Assembly: GCA_002633005.1 (NCBI GenBank)
Contig: NMRA01000128.1
Coordinates: 150,051-214,050 of the forward strand
Length of the DNA stretch: 64,000 nt
Origin: Phoronis australis
Taxonomy: Eukaryota > Animalia > Phoronida
Direction: 5' to 3'
Under the pieces are notes generated by a model that worked only from the letters and a program-made list of their open reading frames with translations, was not told the DNA's origin and made no database searches. Below are positions 1 through 13,330 of the stretch, piece by piece. The stretch's first letter is position 1; the number at the start of each line of letters is the position of its first letter. The position numbers and the translations under genes are program-made.

Positions 1-144
1 CCCCCTATGGTGCGCCGCCCATGGTATAACGTTAATTTTATGACCCATAACCTGTACGATTTACTGAAGGAAGTGTGTAGTTTTTAATCATATTGATTTT
101 ATGTCAGATTGTATTCCACCATTTTTTACACACATCGTTCCATA

Positions 145-1718
145 TCAGGTGTCCCATAAAAGTGAGCCATTTTTTGACAAGTAATTTGTCAGAAATTGAC
201 CAATCGAATTGTTCAAATTTTTCACAATGTATCTTCAGGATGTCATCAACAAGTATCTCAGAGAACATAAAAAATTATGGAAGTAATTTGAAATTCAAAA
301 CAGCAGGATGAAAAATGCAATATCACTGTGACTTTCATTGTGTTCATGCTGTGCTGGCACCTGCCAGTCAAAAAAAAATTGCCTGCCTGGGTCTCAAGTC
401 TACTGTCTGTTTTTTATTGTCAAATATGAATCCAAATCATTTTTGTCAAATATTTTGGTTTGTAAGAATGCCTTAGACTGAAAGTGATAAGTTTACAATT
501 GAAACCTATTTCAAGGAGAAAGGGTGGAGCGGAAGAAGAATCGTAACAGAGTTCCCAGGAAAAGGGTAGAGTCATGCGACTGTAGATAGACTTATTGTTA
601 AAATACGCAACAAAGGCTCTGTTGCGCATAAAAGTGGTAGTGGGAGACCGACGATTACATGTTCGAAAGAAAACGAGGATCGTGTTGAGGAACTGATTCA
701 ATCCTAGGAGGACAACCCAGGAAACCACAATTCTGAGAGCAGTCGCTAGCAATTTAACCCTTCGAAAGAATGTGGGTATTACGGAGAGATCAAAATAATA
801 GAAAGAAAAGAAAAAATTGATGCCGCTACTTGCATGACCGCTATTCAGCCGCTGATGTGAAAAGAATCATTTTCACTGATGAAAAAGACTTTACGCTAGA
901 AATCACTAAAAATCGCCAAAACCGTCGATCGTGTCATTTTATGGACACTCATTGATAGAGCCAAAGTTAAAAGTCAATCAGCTACATGCAGTTATTGGAT
1001 GAAATCTTCTTCCAGATTGCAGGCGACTTTATCCTGGAAACAATTATGTATTTCAGCAAGATGGGGCTCCTTCACACATATGGAGCAGGCCACACCAAGA
1101 TGGGGCTCCTTCACACATATGGAGGAGGCCACACCAAAATACATCTAAAAGGATGAGTGGTCTTCACTTGAGGTCCTGACTGCAATTCCATGGGCTATGC
1201 CATGTGGGACACTCTAGGGGAAAATTTACCGCGGAATGACAGGCAAATTGGAAGAGCAGGAGTTAAAAAGACAGGATAATTATGTCATGGGAGGGAATCA
1301 TTTCTGGTTGGAAGAAATGGCTCAGTTTAGTCTTGGAGGAAGATGGAGGCCACATTGAGCATAAACTGAAATAAGATAGCTTCCCTTTGATATTTCATTT
1401 TTTTGACCTGATGTTTTTAATTTGACAGTACTCGCACAATTGGACACAACATGGGCGGCACAGCACTGAAAAAAGTGGGGGGCTAAAGCCTCCTCAGTTC
1501 CCTGTGGTGCATCGCCTGTAGACCACTTGGCATGTGCGGCGTGGCAATGAAAAAAGTGGGGGGCTATAGCCCCCCAGCCCCCTATGGTGCGCCACCCATG
1601 CACAGATCTCTTTGATGTTTTGTAAATTTGTTGATGATATCCTAAGGTTGAAAAGAATTGGTTTATCCATTGCTGAGAAATTACTAGTAAAAAATGGCTC
1701 ACTTTTTGGGACACCTGA
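145..1718 (+). mobile_element. Decayed Tc1/mariner-superfamily DNA transposon
   Basis: Terminal inverted repeats TCAGGTGTCCCATAAAAGTGAGCCATTTTTT (from 145) and AAAAAATGGCTCACTTTTTGGGACACCTGA (to 1718), flanked by TA on both sides. Frameshifted transposase remnants: IIFTDEKDFT (~866), YVFQQDGAPSH (~1046), PDCNSMGYAMW (~1175). Contains a 39-bp tandem duplication (~1059-1137) and a nested MITE. Confidence 0.85.
1450..1600. mobile_element. Short MITE-like insertion nested in the Tc1/mariner
   Basis: Ends CATGGGCGGCAC...GTGCGCCACCCATG form an inverted repeat. The same end occurs at 1-23 and a similar start near 37908. Confidence 0.55.
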
Positions 1719-3716
1719 TAATCCTGATATAGCGATTTTTACATGCCAATACAGTACAGTGAGTCTACACATTCACAAAAAAACAATAATGGGTAGACAA
1801 TTGGTGAAGGTTACAATTGGGGGTAGATTTTAACCACGTAAATTATTTGAGAGCCTAGAAATGTAGATCCTCACTGCCACACCCCCACGGCAAGTCAAGG
1901 AGCCCCACCCCGGGGTTAAAGCAGAGCATGCTCACAGTAGAAAAAAATATTTATGATGCTCATGACAGACAGTTATCGTGCTGATTAAGGCCAGTAATCT
2001 CAATGGTCAGCCAAAATGTGATGGGTTAAGTACGATTTTTGATGGAGGCACTCGTGGCGGCTGTGTCGTGACACCAGTCAATGATAGCCAAACCAAAACA
2101 AAACAAAACCTTGGTAATTTACAACTTGTTAGCAAACGAAATCAACGCAGGAAAATCAACGCCAGAAATTTGTAACATTCTTGATCCGCTAGGTGACGCT
2201 TAGCGCCANATTCCTGATTTTTGCCTGCTCTTGTGTATTTCTTATGGAGGGCTGCTGGCAGGATTTAGCGCATGCGCAGTAGTGCATGTTACAAATTTCT
2301 GGCGTTGAGTTCCATACTGTAACACGACACCTACTAATTACAAAGTACTTACATCGTCCCACTTGATGAATTTGTTCCCTTTAAGCAGATGATCAGGTAC
2401 AGAGATTGGTTTAAGTTGTACAATATGAACACCTGGCTTAATGCCCGCCATTGCGATTATAATTTCAATCGAAAACCCGTTGTGACAGCAGCGACACCTT
2501 CGCACACCTTTCCAAATGGACTCGACCGGTTTACATGTGACGCTGTTTACTTTCTCCTTCAAACAGTGTGGTGGGAACGAACAACCAAATGACAGCAGAT
2601 TAGCCGCTGCAAAGTTTGTTGGGCAACTATAAATCATGAGCCAGCAGACGCTTTTCAAGTATCTTGTGGACTCGTCCTGGTCACATGTCAGACACGTGGT
2701 TTTCGATAATGATCCATGGGAAACTGCCATATGACATGAGTGGAATTGGTTACTTTACCTGAAAAAGCTGTGAAGGTAAGTAAAATAAAATCAGTGCTGA
2801 TTAATGACCTATCGGACCTTACTTCATGCATAAAATCTATGGCATCACACTTGTCAGTAGGCATAGTCGGCCAGCTAACTGTGTGAAGACTAACCAGCTA
2901 ATGTCAAATTCAAAAGCGTCATCTGCTTCTCCAATCAGCAGAAACTTAGTCCTAGACAGTGACCACTATCTCTCGATCTTGCTGGGTTAGAGACGGTGAA
3001 GCTCCTTTGGGCCCTTCATACGCTGAAAGCTTTGTTCAAAGAGCTACTAAAACCATTCATCAATGCCGGCGTACTAGAGGCAGAGATTTTACTTAGCCAG
3101 CTATACATGTATGAAGAATTACATGAAAATACATTATGGAACTGCAGTGTGTTAACTTTACATAGACCTCGGAATTTTACACCTCTGTGTAGTTCTGCTT
3201 GTCACCTCATAGTGAAACATTTAGAGTTATAAACCTGGCAGGGATGCATCCAAAATCGTGGAATTATCCAACACCCGCTTTACCCTTTACTGAGCTGTCA
3301 TTTTCTTGCACAATTTTTAGTCTTTTGTAAGATGAAGAAAGTCTGTCATCGACTTGAAAACAGTATGGTTATGATGCATATGCTGTTTTTTCGCAACGTC
3401 TTTTGCGAGTTGATGACAGCTTTGCCAAAGCAAAATTTGCTCAGTAATTTTGGTTTGCTGTTATTAAAATAATAAAAACTTATAATAACGGAATGAAACC
3501 AATTTGGATATGCTGTTGTGACAAGTACATAACCTTGTGGAAGAACAACAATTAACTGAATAATCAACGAAAAATGAAATTGGCCAGAATGCGTCTCTAT
3601 TTCATGGCACTGAAAGCCATTATGCATACGATTATTACGCAAATTTAGCAGCAGAATAATAAACTGAATTTTTAGCACCAGTTACTAATTTTGTTTCCTC
3701 AATGAAGTGTTAGTTT

Positions 3717-4668
3717 CAGTGGCAGATCTAGGATATCACAAGGGGGGGCCCAACATTTTGTCTGTAAACATTTGCACAAAGCACGATTGTAGATGCGCAT
3801 GGCACCGAATGGGGGAGGTCGGCAAACCCCCCTCCCGCCAGGAAAATTTTTCTGTTTTTCATTTTCCTTGATTCCTGAAGTATTATCCAAGAAAAAAAAG
3901 GCAAAGGAAAAAGAAAAAAATAGAGACCGTGTCAAACTTGAAAAACTACCAGTACCACAGACTCGAACTCACGACCTGGTGAGGTTACAGGGCGCGTGCT
4001 TTACCACTGCACCACCACGATTTCTCTCGTGTTTTGATTCTAAGAGACATACTTGTTTATGGTCCACAGTGTTTGCGCACGAAACCTACTTCTTTTTGTA
4101 ATGCTTTTTACACTTTTTATATTTTGTGCAATCAGTTCGTAACAAATTTGTTGTATTTGAAATAGTCTTCAATTGCCCAAAAGACCAAGTCCGTTTTTTG
4201 TGTTGGCATTAATGACACGATTGCTTTGGAAATTGTCTTAAGTTAAGGTTTGACAAAGAGAGAATTATATGTTTCTGAGTGATTCACTAAGGCTTCGATT
4301 AAAATTCACATCTTACTAGCAGCTTCTGTTTTTTCATCGTCACTCAAATTCCATTTTCTTTAAAAAATGAAGTAAAATTTTCTTCATTGCACAGTGAAGA
4401 AGACGACGGAAACGGAGTCATAGTGCGCAGCGGCATTGCCAGTCGTCTGGGATATGGCGAGAGAGCCTATACATGTACTTAGCCATAGTTCGGTTACAAT
4501 TGCGCCGTGTTCCCAATTTGACACTTGAAATTGGATCTGAGCCCCGCCCTACAACTGCACACATTTAAATCTTGTTTCAGCCGTATAATGTTAATTACCA
4601 GGGTTAATTAATAAACTCAACATTTCCCTATGGGGGGGGGCCCTGGGCCCCCACCTAAATCCGCCTAT
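3717..4668. mobile_element. Non-autonomous DNA element with a tRNA-like internal segment
   Basis: Ends CAGTGGCAGATCTAGG...GGGGGCCC and GGGGGCCCTGGGCCCCCACCTAAATCCGCCTATG are imperfect inverted repeats typical of invertebrate MITEs. Confidence 0.45.
3951..4017 (-). repeat. tRNA-derived SINE head or tRNA pseudogene
   Basis: Minus strand reads TGGTGGTGCAGTGGTAAAGCAC...GGTCGTGAGTTCGAGTCT, with Pol III A and B boxes. The anticodon and acceptor stems do not pair. Confidence 0.5.
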
Positions 4669-6134
4669 GAGTTTCTAATGACATATTGTGTCAGATTTTA
4701 TTAGGCCATTTTGGACCCACGACATCACGAAGCTGTATTAATATTTATGCAGTTCTGCACCAAAGCCACAGAGATGACACAACTTAGCCAGCCAGCTAGT
4801 AGTATGTAACTTTAAATCAGAAACTGGTGTGTGTTAACTTCACATAGACCTCAAAATTTTACATCACCCTGGTAGTTCTGCTTATGACATCATCGTGAAA
4901 CTTAAATCAACACGCAGATGTAATGACCGGCAAGGATGCATGCAAAAATTTGGGAATCAACTGACAGGTACCTTGCCCGTTACAGCTGTTTAGGTAAAAA
5001 CAATCTAATAAACATCATTTTCTTTTGTCCTTTCCTGGCTTTTATAAGAAAGAATAGTGTGTCCGTGAAATTGGCGTATGATATTTTTGTGATTTTTCAT
5101 ATGATTTATTCTTATTTTTTCTCATTTATCTAAACATAAAATAAAAGAACATCGTTGGGACATCCTTGTGTGTTGCAGTGGACATTTATGCTGTGTGTTT
5201 TAGTATAAATCCAGATGTCCTGCTGTAAATCCAGATGTTCTGCTTTTTCATTTTTGGATTGTTGGCAACTGTTCACAAGTTTGTGTTTTTGACACACTCA
5301 AGGTTGGAGGGCATGGCAACAAAAAAAATGATCCATTATACTTTTCTAGCCCATTCCTGTATTAGAGGCCATTATGTCCACGCACAAAGTTCTGTATGTC
5401 ATTCATCATCGTTTCACAAGGTTACATTTCCATATAGGTGCCACCTGTGGCAGAAGGTATTTCTAAATGTAAGCCAAGACTAGCAGCATATTATATTACT
5501 GAACTGATAATTGGCCACCAGAGTCACCTCCTCATGCTAATACCACATGCGGGAAACTTTCAGTTGAAAAAATTATGACATTTGTTTTGTATTCTCGGAC
5601 ATCAAAAGCAATGGAAAGTAACCTTTAAAAAATACCCTCCATTTTAGCAGCACGTCTGACAACTACCCCTATTATCAAACTCCCCAAATGGATTCTTTTG
5701 TATGTGAATTGAATTTGAAAATGTACCATGTTGTGGGAATTTTGTCAAAATGGTGCCTTTTCTAGGGAAATTGGTCATGAAAAAGTCACCCATTTGAGGG
5801 GCACATCCCAAATCCTCATCTTTGAAAACTTCCCTAGGAAACAACAGAATCATTCAACATACTGTTCAAGCTCATCCCTAGGTTATTTGTTGACAGATCC
5901 AAATCAGGACCTGTAACTTTTTCATGGCCAGATTACTGTTGCTATTCAAACTCAGATAAAAAAGATGTTAGCAGCCCTACCTTTTGAAAGGTAAATCAAT
6001 GATACAATGTTTTTGTACCTTCGCAAATGGGAGGCTTGAATTTGGGAACAAGGAATTGTTGTTACAGATAAGCATTTTTTTGCCTACAACGATTTCTTAC
6101 AGGCATTAAATTAGTGTGGCAGGGTTACTTCAAA

Positions 6135-9100
6135 ATGGTCGTCACAGTTGAAGAGAGAGTGTCTCGTGCCTTTCAGTTGTTCAAAGAATGTGGCGACTCG
6201 CAGTATATTGGTGAGCCCATCAGTAAATCATCGCATAGCATTCAGTGTGGCATGCTGGCAGAGAAAGAAGGATACCCCGTGCAGGTTTGACATGCATTCA
6301 AAATTTTCAGTGATTTACAGTTGTTTTAAAAAAATCATAATGAAAGGCCAGGAGACTAGGCAAAACTTAGCTGGACATTTTTGCTTAGAAATTTCACTGG
6401 TTTTCATGAGAAGAAGTTTTGTCGATTATTTTCCTAAACTACTTGTAGTTGAATTAATTTCGCCTGTGGACACATCAGTTTATAAAGCCCTCAGCACTAA
6501 CAGGTTTTAACAAGGGTTTTATACATGTTTGGTCATCTCCCAGTTGTCAGCACTCTAGTATTTCTTGCGTCACATCTCAAAAAATGTTTGAAAAATGGAA
6601 AAAGGACTGCTTGCTTAAGATTCTTCACAATTTTCTGCCATGCACAGAAATTCCAGGTATGGATGGCTTCTGTATGATTTGTTGCCAGACCATCTTACAC
6701 CAAGGGACTCGGTGTATTTTATTAATCCACATATTTCTCACTCCAAAAATATGTTTGTGTCGTAAAAGGAATCATGAAACATGATTTGTGCTGAATTGGT
6801 GAGATGTTATTGTAATTGTTTTCTAATTGATTGATGTTGTGAAACTGCTTTCAGACTATCCTTGGAGCCTTTTTTCATGATATCGGACATTTAGTGGGTG
6901 AAGTTCAAGGTCAAGAACCCATGATAACCAATGGTGTTAACTACGGAGCCCAAGTAAATTTCTTCTATTAAAAAGTTCCTTAAATGTTGATTGTTAATTT
7001 TGTAGAAACCCTGCATCTGAAGAAAACTGTAAGTTTCCATGATGCCTGAATCAATGTGTCAATCTTCATGTGAGACAAAATTCCACATTAATGTACAGAG
7101 TCCTTTCAGGTTTTAAATCTGATCCAAAATTTTGAGGATTTTTTAAGGCAGTAAGTCAGTTCAAATTATTAGAAGACGATTCCACATCAATGAATAAGCT
7201 TCTGTTGAAAATGTGCTCAGAGTTAAACCAGTTGGCAACAAGTCAGATTTTGTAGGGCAGAATTAAGTTTATAATCAAAGTGACACAAATTCATACGTTT
7301 TTCATTATACCCTAAAATTCTGCTTACAATTAGCTCAACAGAAAACTTATGCCTCTGTGAAACGCTTGATCCTAAAGTTTTTGTAAGTCTTGCATTTGAC
7401 CAACGCTTACCCTCTCCCGAGTTACACTGGACGATTGAAAGAGCGACACAATCTAATAATCATCATTATCTGGCTGCACTCTCCCATTTTTTCAACAAAA
7501 CAAAATCCGTCGTCAACTTGAGAATGCTACACTCCTGATTTCTGCTCATCTTCTGTTGTTGACAAACAGACTATGGTGTCTCTAAATGGCAATTTAGGTT
7601 TTCTTTCCGTTTCCAAGTTCCTCTATGGATGTTCATACATTTAACTTGCAAGTTTGTGTGAAGGAAACAACAGCACCTGCCCAATTTCAGATGGATTAAT
7701 TTTTTACACATATGGGCGCATATTGCCATTTTCTCTGTCTGGGCGCCTGGCGTCAGAGCTTGCAGCTGTGTCTCCTAAGCCCCGTTGCAGAATCTTGATG
7801 AGATTTGGCAGGTACGTTCCTATCAAGCTGAAGATGGATGACGACTACTATTGGATGAATCCAACTACCACTATGACCCCTATTTGCAATTTTAGTTGTG
7901 TACATTTGCCTCTGTATCTTCCTAATTCTTTGATTGATTTTCATGAAATTTGGCATATAGGTTTCTAGTATGAAGATGACAACACCTTTACATTTTCGGA
8001 CGTCTGACAATTCTGCGTCACTTAGTGGCCGTTTGTAAAAAAATTTTGAGCTCGTTTTTTGGCGTACACCTTCTATCTTCCAAACCACTTGAAGGATCAT
8101 TATGAAAATTGGTAGGTGTGTTTCTGATGCGGAGACCGCAGTTAATATTGATTTTTTTCTTTAGTATGTTTGACTACTCTGATGTCCCTTAGTGAAGATT
8201 TTGTTTCAGTTTGTGTCCACGGCTGTAGACACCTGTCCCTTTGCAGGAACTTTGTGAAATTTGGCAGTTGTGTTTCTATGGAGTTGCCAACAGATGATGA
8301 CAAGTTTCTCAATGGTTCCCTGTGTGTCCGTTGGGGAAAAAAAGAGACGCAGGTATCATTCAGCAGCATGCGTTTTATTACTGGTTGATGTAACCTTGGC
8401 AGTCATTAGTTAACTTGACAACAAAGAAAGAAAATGGCAGACTGTGAACGATTTTTAGCCTTGTCAATATCTTTGAAAATCAAGTTTTCTCTCTGCAGTG
8501 TTAATAACATCAGAAAGACCAAGTTAAGTTGTCTGCACAGCCAATGCAGTTTATGAGCGTGACATCGATAGCCGAAAAGAACACTAGCATACTGACAACA
8601 ACGTAAACAAAATTCAGTGACAGTAGAAAAATTGCACACTGAAAGGGCACAACCACAACTTTCTGATTCACATTTCTTGAACATATCCCAATTAAGCACG
8701 GCCGATTTCTCCGTACAACAGACCACAAACTATATCCACATTTACACTTCCTCCATCAGTTCGAGCATTCCTTTTGGCAATTCAACCAGCCAAACAGAAT
8801 CGCGGGTGTAAAAAAATTTCCCGAGGAAAATTAAATGCTGCCTACATGTCTTCTTCCCTTAGTGGACTTGCAAGGAACCAGCGAGGACGAGTTTCAGCGC
8901 AATCCGACGATTGGGGTGCCCCCTAGTGGCAACTTTGTTTTTTTTACGTTTTTCTGAGTATCTTTGGAGTTCATTGATGGATTTTCATAAAACTTGGCAA
9001 ATAGGTTTCTGTTAAGGTGATGACAATGCCTTTCCATTTTCAGACAGATTTTACTTAATGTACGCCTCCTAGTGGGGATTTTTGACAGTTTTGAGTCCAT

Positions 9101-12100
9101 TTTTGATGTCTACCTCTCTCCACCAAACTACTTGGAGGATCATTGTGAAAATTGGCAGATGTGTTTCTGATGAGAAGGCCACGGCTGATGATGTTCGGAC
9201 GGGTTGCACTACTTTGGCACCCCCTAGTCGCATTTCCCCCGTCCTCAGCTGTGTATCCTTAACATTTTTTTAAGATCTTTGTGAAATTTGACGGACATGT
9301 TCCTATGGAGCTGACATTTTATGACGCATTTCAAACCCATTCAACTACCAATGTACCTCTTGTGGCAGTTTTGGTTGTTTAAGTGTGGCTCTATTTTCAG
9401 AGTTATCGATGGATTTTAATGAAATTTGGTAAATAGGTTTCTATTAAAACAATAGTCTTCTGCTTTCATGTAGATTTGATGTATTTTTGCATCACCTAGT
9501 GTTTTTTTTTATTTTTTCGAGTGCCTTTTTTGTTCCTGATAAGAAGACATTGATTTGTGGACAGATTTAACAACTGTGACGCTTCCTGGTGGCAATTTTT
9601 GTCTGTTTTTGTTCCTCGGCTATCTAAGACTTTTGAACGGTTCTGACTACCGCTGTACTCCCTAGTGGCAATTTTTGTTTTTACGTTTGCATTTGTATCT
9701 CCAGAGTTCTTTGACAGTTTTTATTGAAATGTGGTAAAAAAGCTTGTATTATTATGGTGATAGCATTTATCCATTTTGGGGTGGATTTGACATTCTGTGC
9801 CACCTATTGTCCATTTTTGACACTTACAAACACCCCTAGAAGCACACTGTTTGCGTTGCTGTCGTGGGCGCATTTCAACACTCTGCGTTGCTCTTGTTGT
9901 CATCTTGGTGTCTGTTTTTAGCATCTGCCTCTATATTTGAACCGCTTGCCAGTGAAGCATTATCGTGAAAGTTTAGAAAATAGTTCCTTTTAAGGAGAGC
10001 ATGACTGAAGTTAATTTTGGAACTGTTCTGCAGTAATGCTTCCTTGTGACACTTTTAAATTTCTTAGCATCTGCTTCAATATCTACCAAGTTCTTTGATA
10101 GATATCCATGAAAGCAAAACTGGATATGATTGATGCACCACAGTATTCATAAGATGTAGCCTGCTTCCAAGCATCGCTGGTAAACAACACAACACCCACT
10201 TGGCGTTGGAATTGGATATTGTCTGATCCGTTACTAGCATGAAAAAAAAATCAGTTAAGAATGGTTTTTAAACCAAAAAAGTCCACCCACAATTACCATT
10301 TTTCTAACAACGATGAATTCAGCGTGACCTCACTATTCAAGTAAGTCAATCAGGTTTTGGTATTTTTCTGCAGATGCACAATGTATGCACTATTGGCATT
10401 GTTTATCTAAGGGAAAAGTGAGAAAATAACTAAGTGGGTGATGAGTGTTGAGCCGCGTGCTCCTGTACAGATTAGTCATGCAATTTTGTTCATGACGGAT
10501 TACATAACGATAATGCTGTCACGAGTAGCTGTAGTCGTAAAGTTTGTCATTTGTGTTCCTAGTGTTGGAAGTCTGTACAACATATGTTGATTTTCAGATG
10601 GATCTGACTCATCGTTGAAATATTTCTAAAAATGATCACCCCTTGCTTCTTTATCATTTGCAATGCACGCAGTGGATTTCTTTCAGTCTCTGAAGAGACT
10701 AATTCCACTGCTATCACAGTCTTCAAAAGATCACTGATCTTCACAGAAGATCAAACACAGATGTATTTTCTCTGGATGTTTTTTCTAGAATCATGATGTC
10801 CTAGGTGAGTCCTTCCTTCAAGAACTTGGTTTTCCCCTCGAAGTTACAGACATTGTGAGAGGTCATGTGAATGCAAAGCGCTACCTGGTGTTTAAAGACA
10901 AAGACTACTACAACAGTGAGTGACTAAACTAAACATGAAACCCGGCATTCTTTTGATATGCGTCACAAGGCAGTATCTTTTAGGGCAACTTATAAACCTA
11001 CATTCGTCGAAGAAGGGAAATTTTAATTTAGGTCACCCATTCTACTATAAGATTGATTTCGACTTATTCCTTACTCAGTAGAGAAGTGATTTCTGGGCCA
11101 AAGAACTCACAGTTTGTTATTGCTTGAGACTGCAGTCTGCACATAAGATGACGCGCCATGACAACCCAAATTGTACAGGCTATTCTCAAGCAATAACAAA
11201 CTGTCAGTTCTTTAGAAGCTTTGAAATTACTTCCAACTTGACTAAAGGAAAAAAAGTGTTTCAAATTAAAAGTTTTTGTGTTGTCAGCTCCTGAACAGCT
11301 CCTGTGCACCACCTAACGTTTGAAAGGTCATTTCCTGTTATAATAATGGTTATAGATTGCTGGTTACTTAGTTTAGGATCAGTGGAGATGTCAGTTCGTT
11401 GTTTTGCTGAGGCTACTCTTGCCATATTTATTAACCTACATCAAGCAATAGCGAACTGCCAGGTCATCCCTAGCCCTGCAACTACCTGTATTTTAAGTAA
11501 GCAAGAATTCGAGGCTAATTTTTATGCGCCCATGTATTTATATGTGGACGCATTATGTCGTTATATATGTCCGTCCATCCGTGTGGCGTCTGCTGCTCTA
11601 TCTCCAAAATGCCTTGACGTATGGTCATGAAATTTTGCGCATGTGTTTCTTCCATGGATGGGACAGCATGAGCGAACTTTCGGACGGATCCGACTACCAT
11701 TGTGCCCCCTAGTGGCAATTTTAGTTTTTTACGTTTACCTCTGTATCTTCAGTCCTGAGCGAATTTTCATAAAATTTGGTATATAGGCATCTATTAGTGA
11801 GATCATGCTATCCTCCCGTTTTGAGATGGATTCGACGTAGTTTGCACCACCTAGTGGCCAGGTTTACTGTTTTCGAGTCTGTTTTTTTGCGTCCGCCGCT
11901 CTATCAACCAAACCGCTCAAAGGATGATTGTTAAAATTGGCATATATGTTCTTACTTTGAAGTGGATGGCTGACGATGATTTTCCGATGACTTTGACTAC
12001 TGTGGCCGCACCTCCTAGTGGCATTTTTGTTTTTTTTTGTGCTCATAGCTGTATCTCCTAAACTGTTTGCAGCATCTTTACTTAGTTTAACAAGTATATT

Positions 12101-13330
12101 TATATGATTTTGACAACGGATGGCGACGACTTTCGGACGGATCTGACTACTGGTGTGCCCCCTAGCGGTCTGTATCTTCAACTGATTTTCATTAAGTTTT
12201 GAATATAGGCATCTATTGGTGAGACGACGCTATCATCCTGTTTTTGGATGGAATTGAGGTATTTTGCACCACCTGGTGGTCATTTTTGCTGTTTTCAAAT
12301 CTTGTTTTTGGCGTCCACCCCTCGATCAATCAAATCATTCTAGGGATGCTTTTGAAAATTGGCGTATATGTATTCAGTGTGAAGAGGACGTTTGATGATG
12401 GTGATTGACTACTGTGGCGCCGCCTAGTGGTAGTTTTGTTTTGCGCCCATAGCTGTATCTCCAAAAAACCACTGCAGGATCTTTATTAAATTTAGTAAGT
12501 GAATTTATATGAAGATTACAGACCAAGACTTTCAGGCGCGGATCGAACGGACGCTGTGCCCACAAGTGGCACTTTCATTTTGTTGTGTTTTCCTTTGGTT
12601 CTCTGGGGTTCCTTGACAGGTTTTTATGAAATATGGCATGTTCCCATTTTTGGATGGATTGTACGTTTTTACGCCATCTAGTGGCCATTGTTATGATACA
12701 AATAAAAGTAAACCATTTGCGATGCAATCGTGGGCGCATTTCAACGCTCCGCGTTGCTCTTGTATAAGTTAAATTTGTTAAAAGTAAAACTAATGCTAAG
12801 CTATGATTAGGTGAAGTTGTCTGTTTTCTGCTATAATTCTTTGAAATTGTCCTTGTCCAGATTGATATTATTTATACAATTCAAACAGGCTGACTGGCCT
12901 AGCAATGAAATCAAGTTTTGTTCCTATGTATTTTTGTTAAGAAATTTGATAAAATAACATTTGCTGTTCTGCATGATCTTGCTGTAAATTGAAGCAGCCT
13001 GATTGTGTAGTTTTAACAACATGCAACTAAGAAAAAAGATCAACAAAATCAATTCTTGTGATGCGCTTATCATTAGCTTTGGTACCCAGAAATCTATCTC
13101 TGATCTGTTTTTAAGGGTTATCTGATGCCAGTAAGCGAACGTTGGTCCATCAGGGAGGACCCATGACTCCAGATGAGGCGGAGTCATTTGAGAGGTCACC
13201 CCGGTTCAAGGAGATCTTGCGTATGCGGCAATGGGATGAACGAGCCAAAGAAGTAGACATTGAACTAGACGGTCTGGGGAAGTTCAAGCAAATGTCTATA
13301 GACTATTTGATGGCACTAGAGGGCAGTTAA
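6135..13330 (+). CDS. phnZ-like: PhnZ-like HD-domain diiron oxygenase (2-amino-1-hydroxyethylphosphonate dioxygenase-like), 196 aa, 4 coding exons
   Basis: Exons 6135-6284, 6855-6953, 10789-10915 and 13116-13330 are GT-AG and in phase (591 nt). Translation: MVVTVEERVSRAFQLFKECGDSQYIGEPISKSSHSIQCGMLAEKEGYPVQ/TILGAFFHDIGHLVGEVQGQEPMITNGVNYGAQ/NHDVLGESFLQELGFPLEVTDIVRGHVNAKRYLVFKDKDYYN/RLSDASKRTLVHQGGPMTPDEAESFERSPRFKEILRMRQWDERAKEVDIELDGLGKFKQMSIDYLMALEGS*. Motifs YxxE, HDIGH, NH, HVxAKRYL, LSxAS..TL..QGG and R..D..AK are those of the PhnZ family. Confidence 0.9.
7699..9898 (+). mobile_element. Helentron-associated (HINE/DINE-1-like) element with degenerate internal tandem repeats, in PhnZ-like intron 2
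   Basis: Repeated degenerate units containing CCCTAGTGGC and GAAATTTGGCA. The 3' end GGGCGCATTTCAACACTCTGCGTTGCTCTTGTT (subterminal IR plus stem-loop) is shared with the copy at 11518-12763. The 5' boundary is approximate. Confidence 0.55.
11518..12763 (+). mobile_element. Helentron-associated (HINE/DINE-1-like) element, in PhnZ-like intron 3
   Basis: 5' TTTTTATGCGCCCAT...ATGTGGACGCAT (subTIR plus local IR), then a short TCCG/TCCA microsatellite, a tandem core with CCTAGTGGC units, and a 3' TGGGCGCAT followed by hairpin CAACGC-TCC-GCGTTG-CTCTTGT. Confidence 0.65.

Noticed and set aside
2338-2730. ORFs 2338-2730 (-) and 2389-2592 (+) as protein-coding genes
   Set aside because: No recognisable domain and no consistent exon chain.
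3951-4017. Functional tRNA gene (GTA anticodon)
   Set aside because: A and B boxes are present but the anticodon and acceptor stems do not pair, and it lies inside a repeat element.
6135-13330. PhnZ-like gene as bacterial contamination
   Set aside because: It has three GT-AG introns, two of them containing host-type transposons, and is contiguous with DTL.
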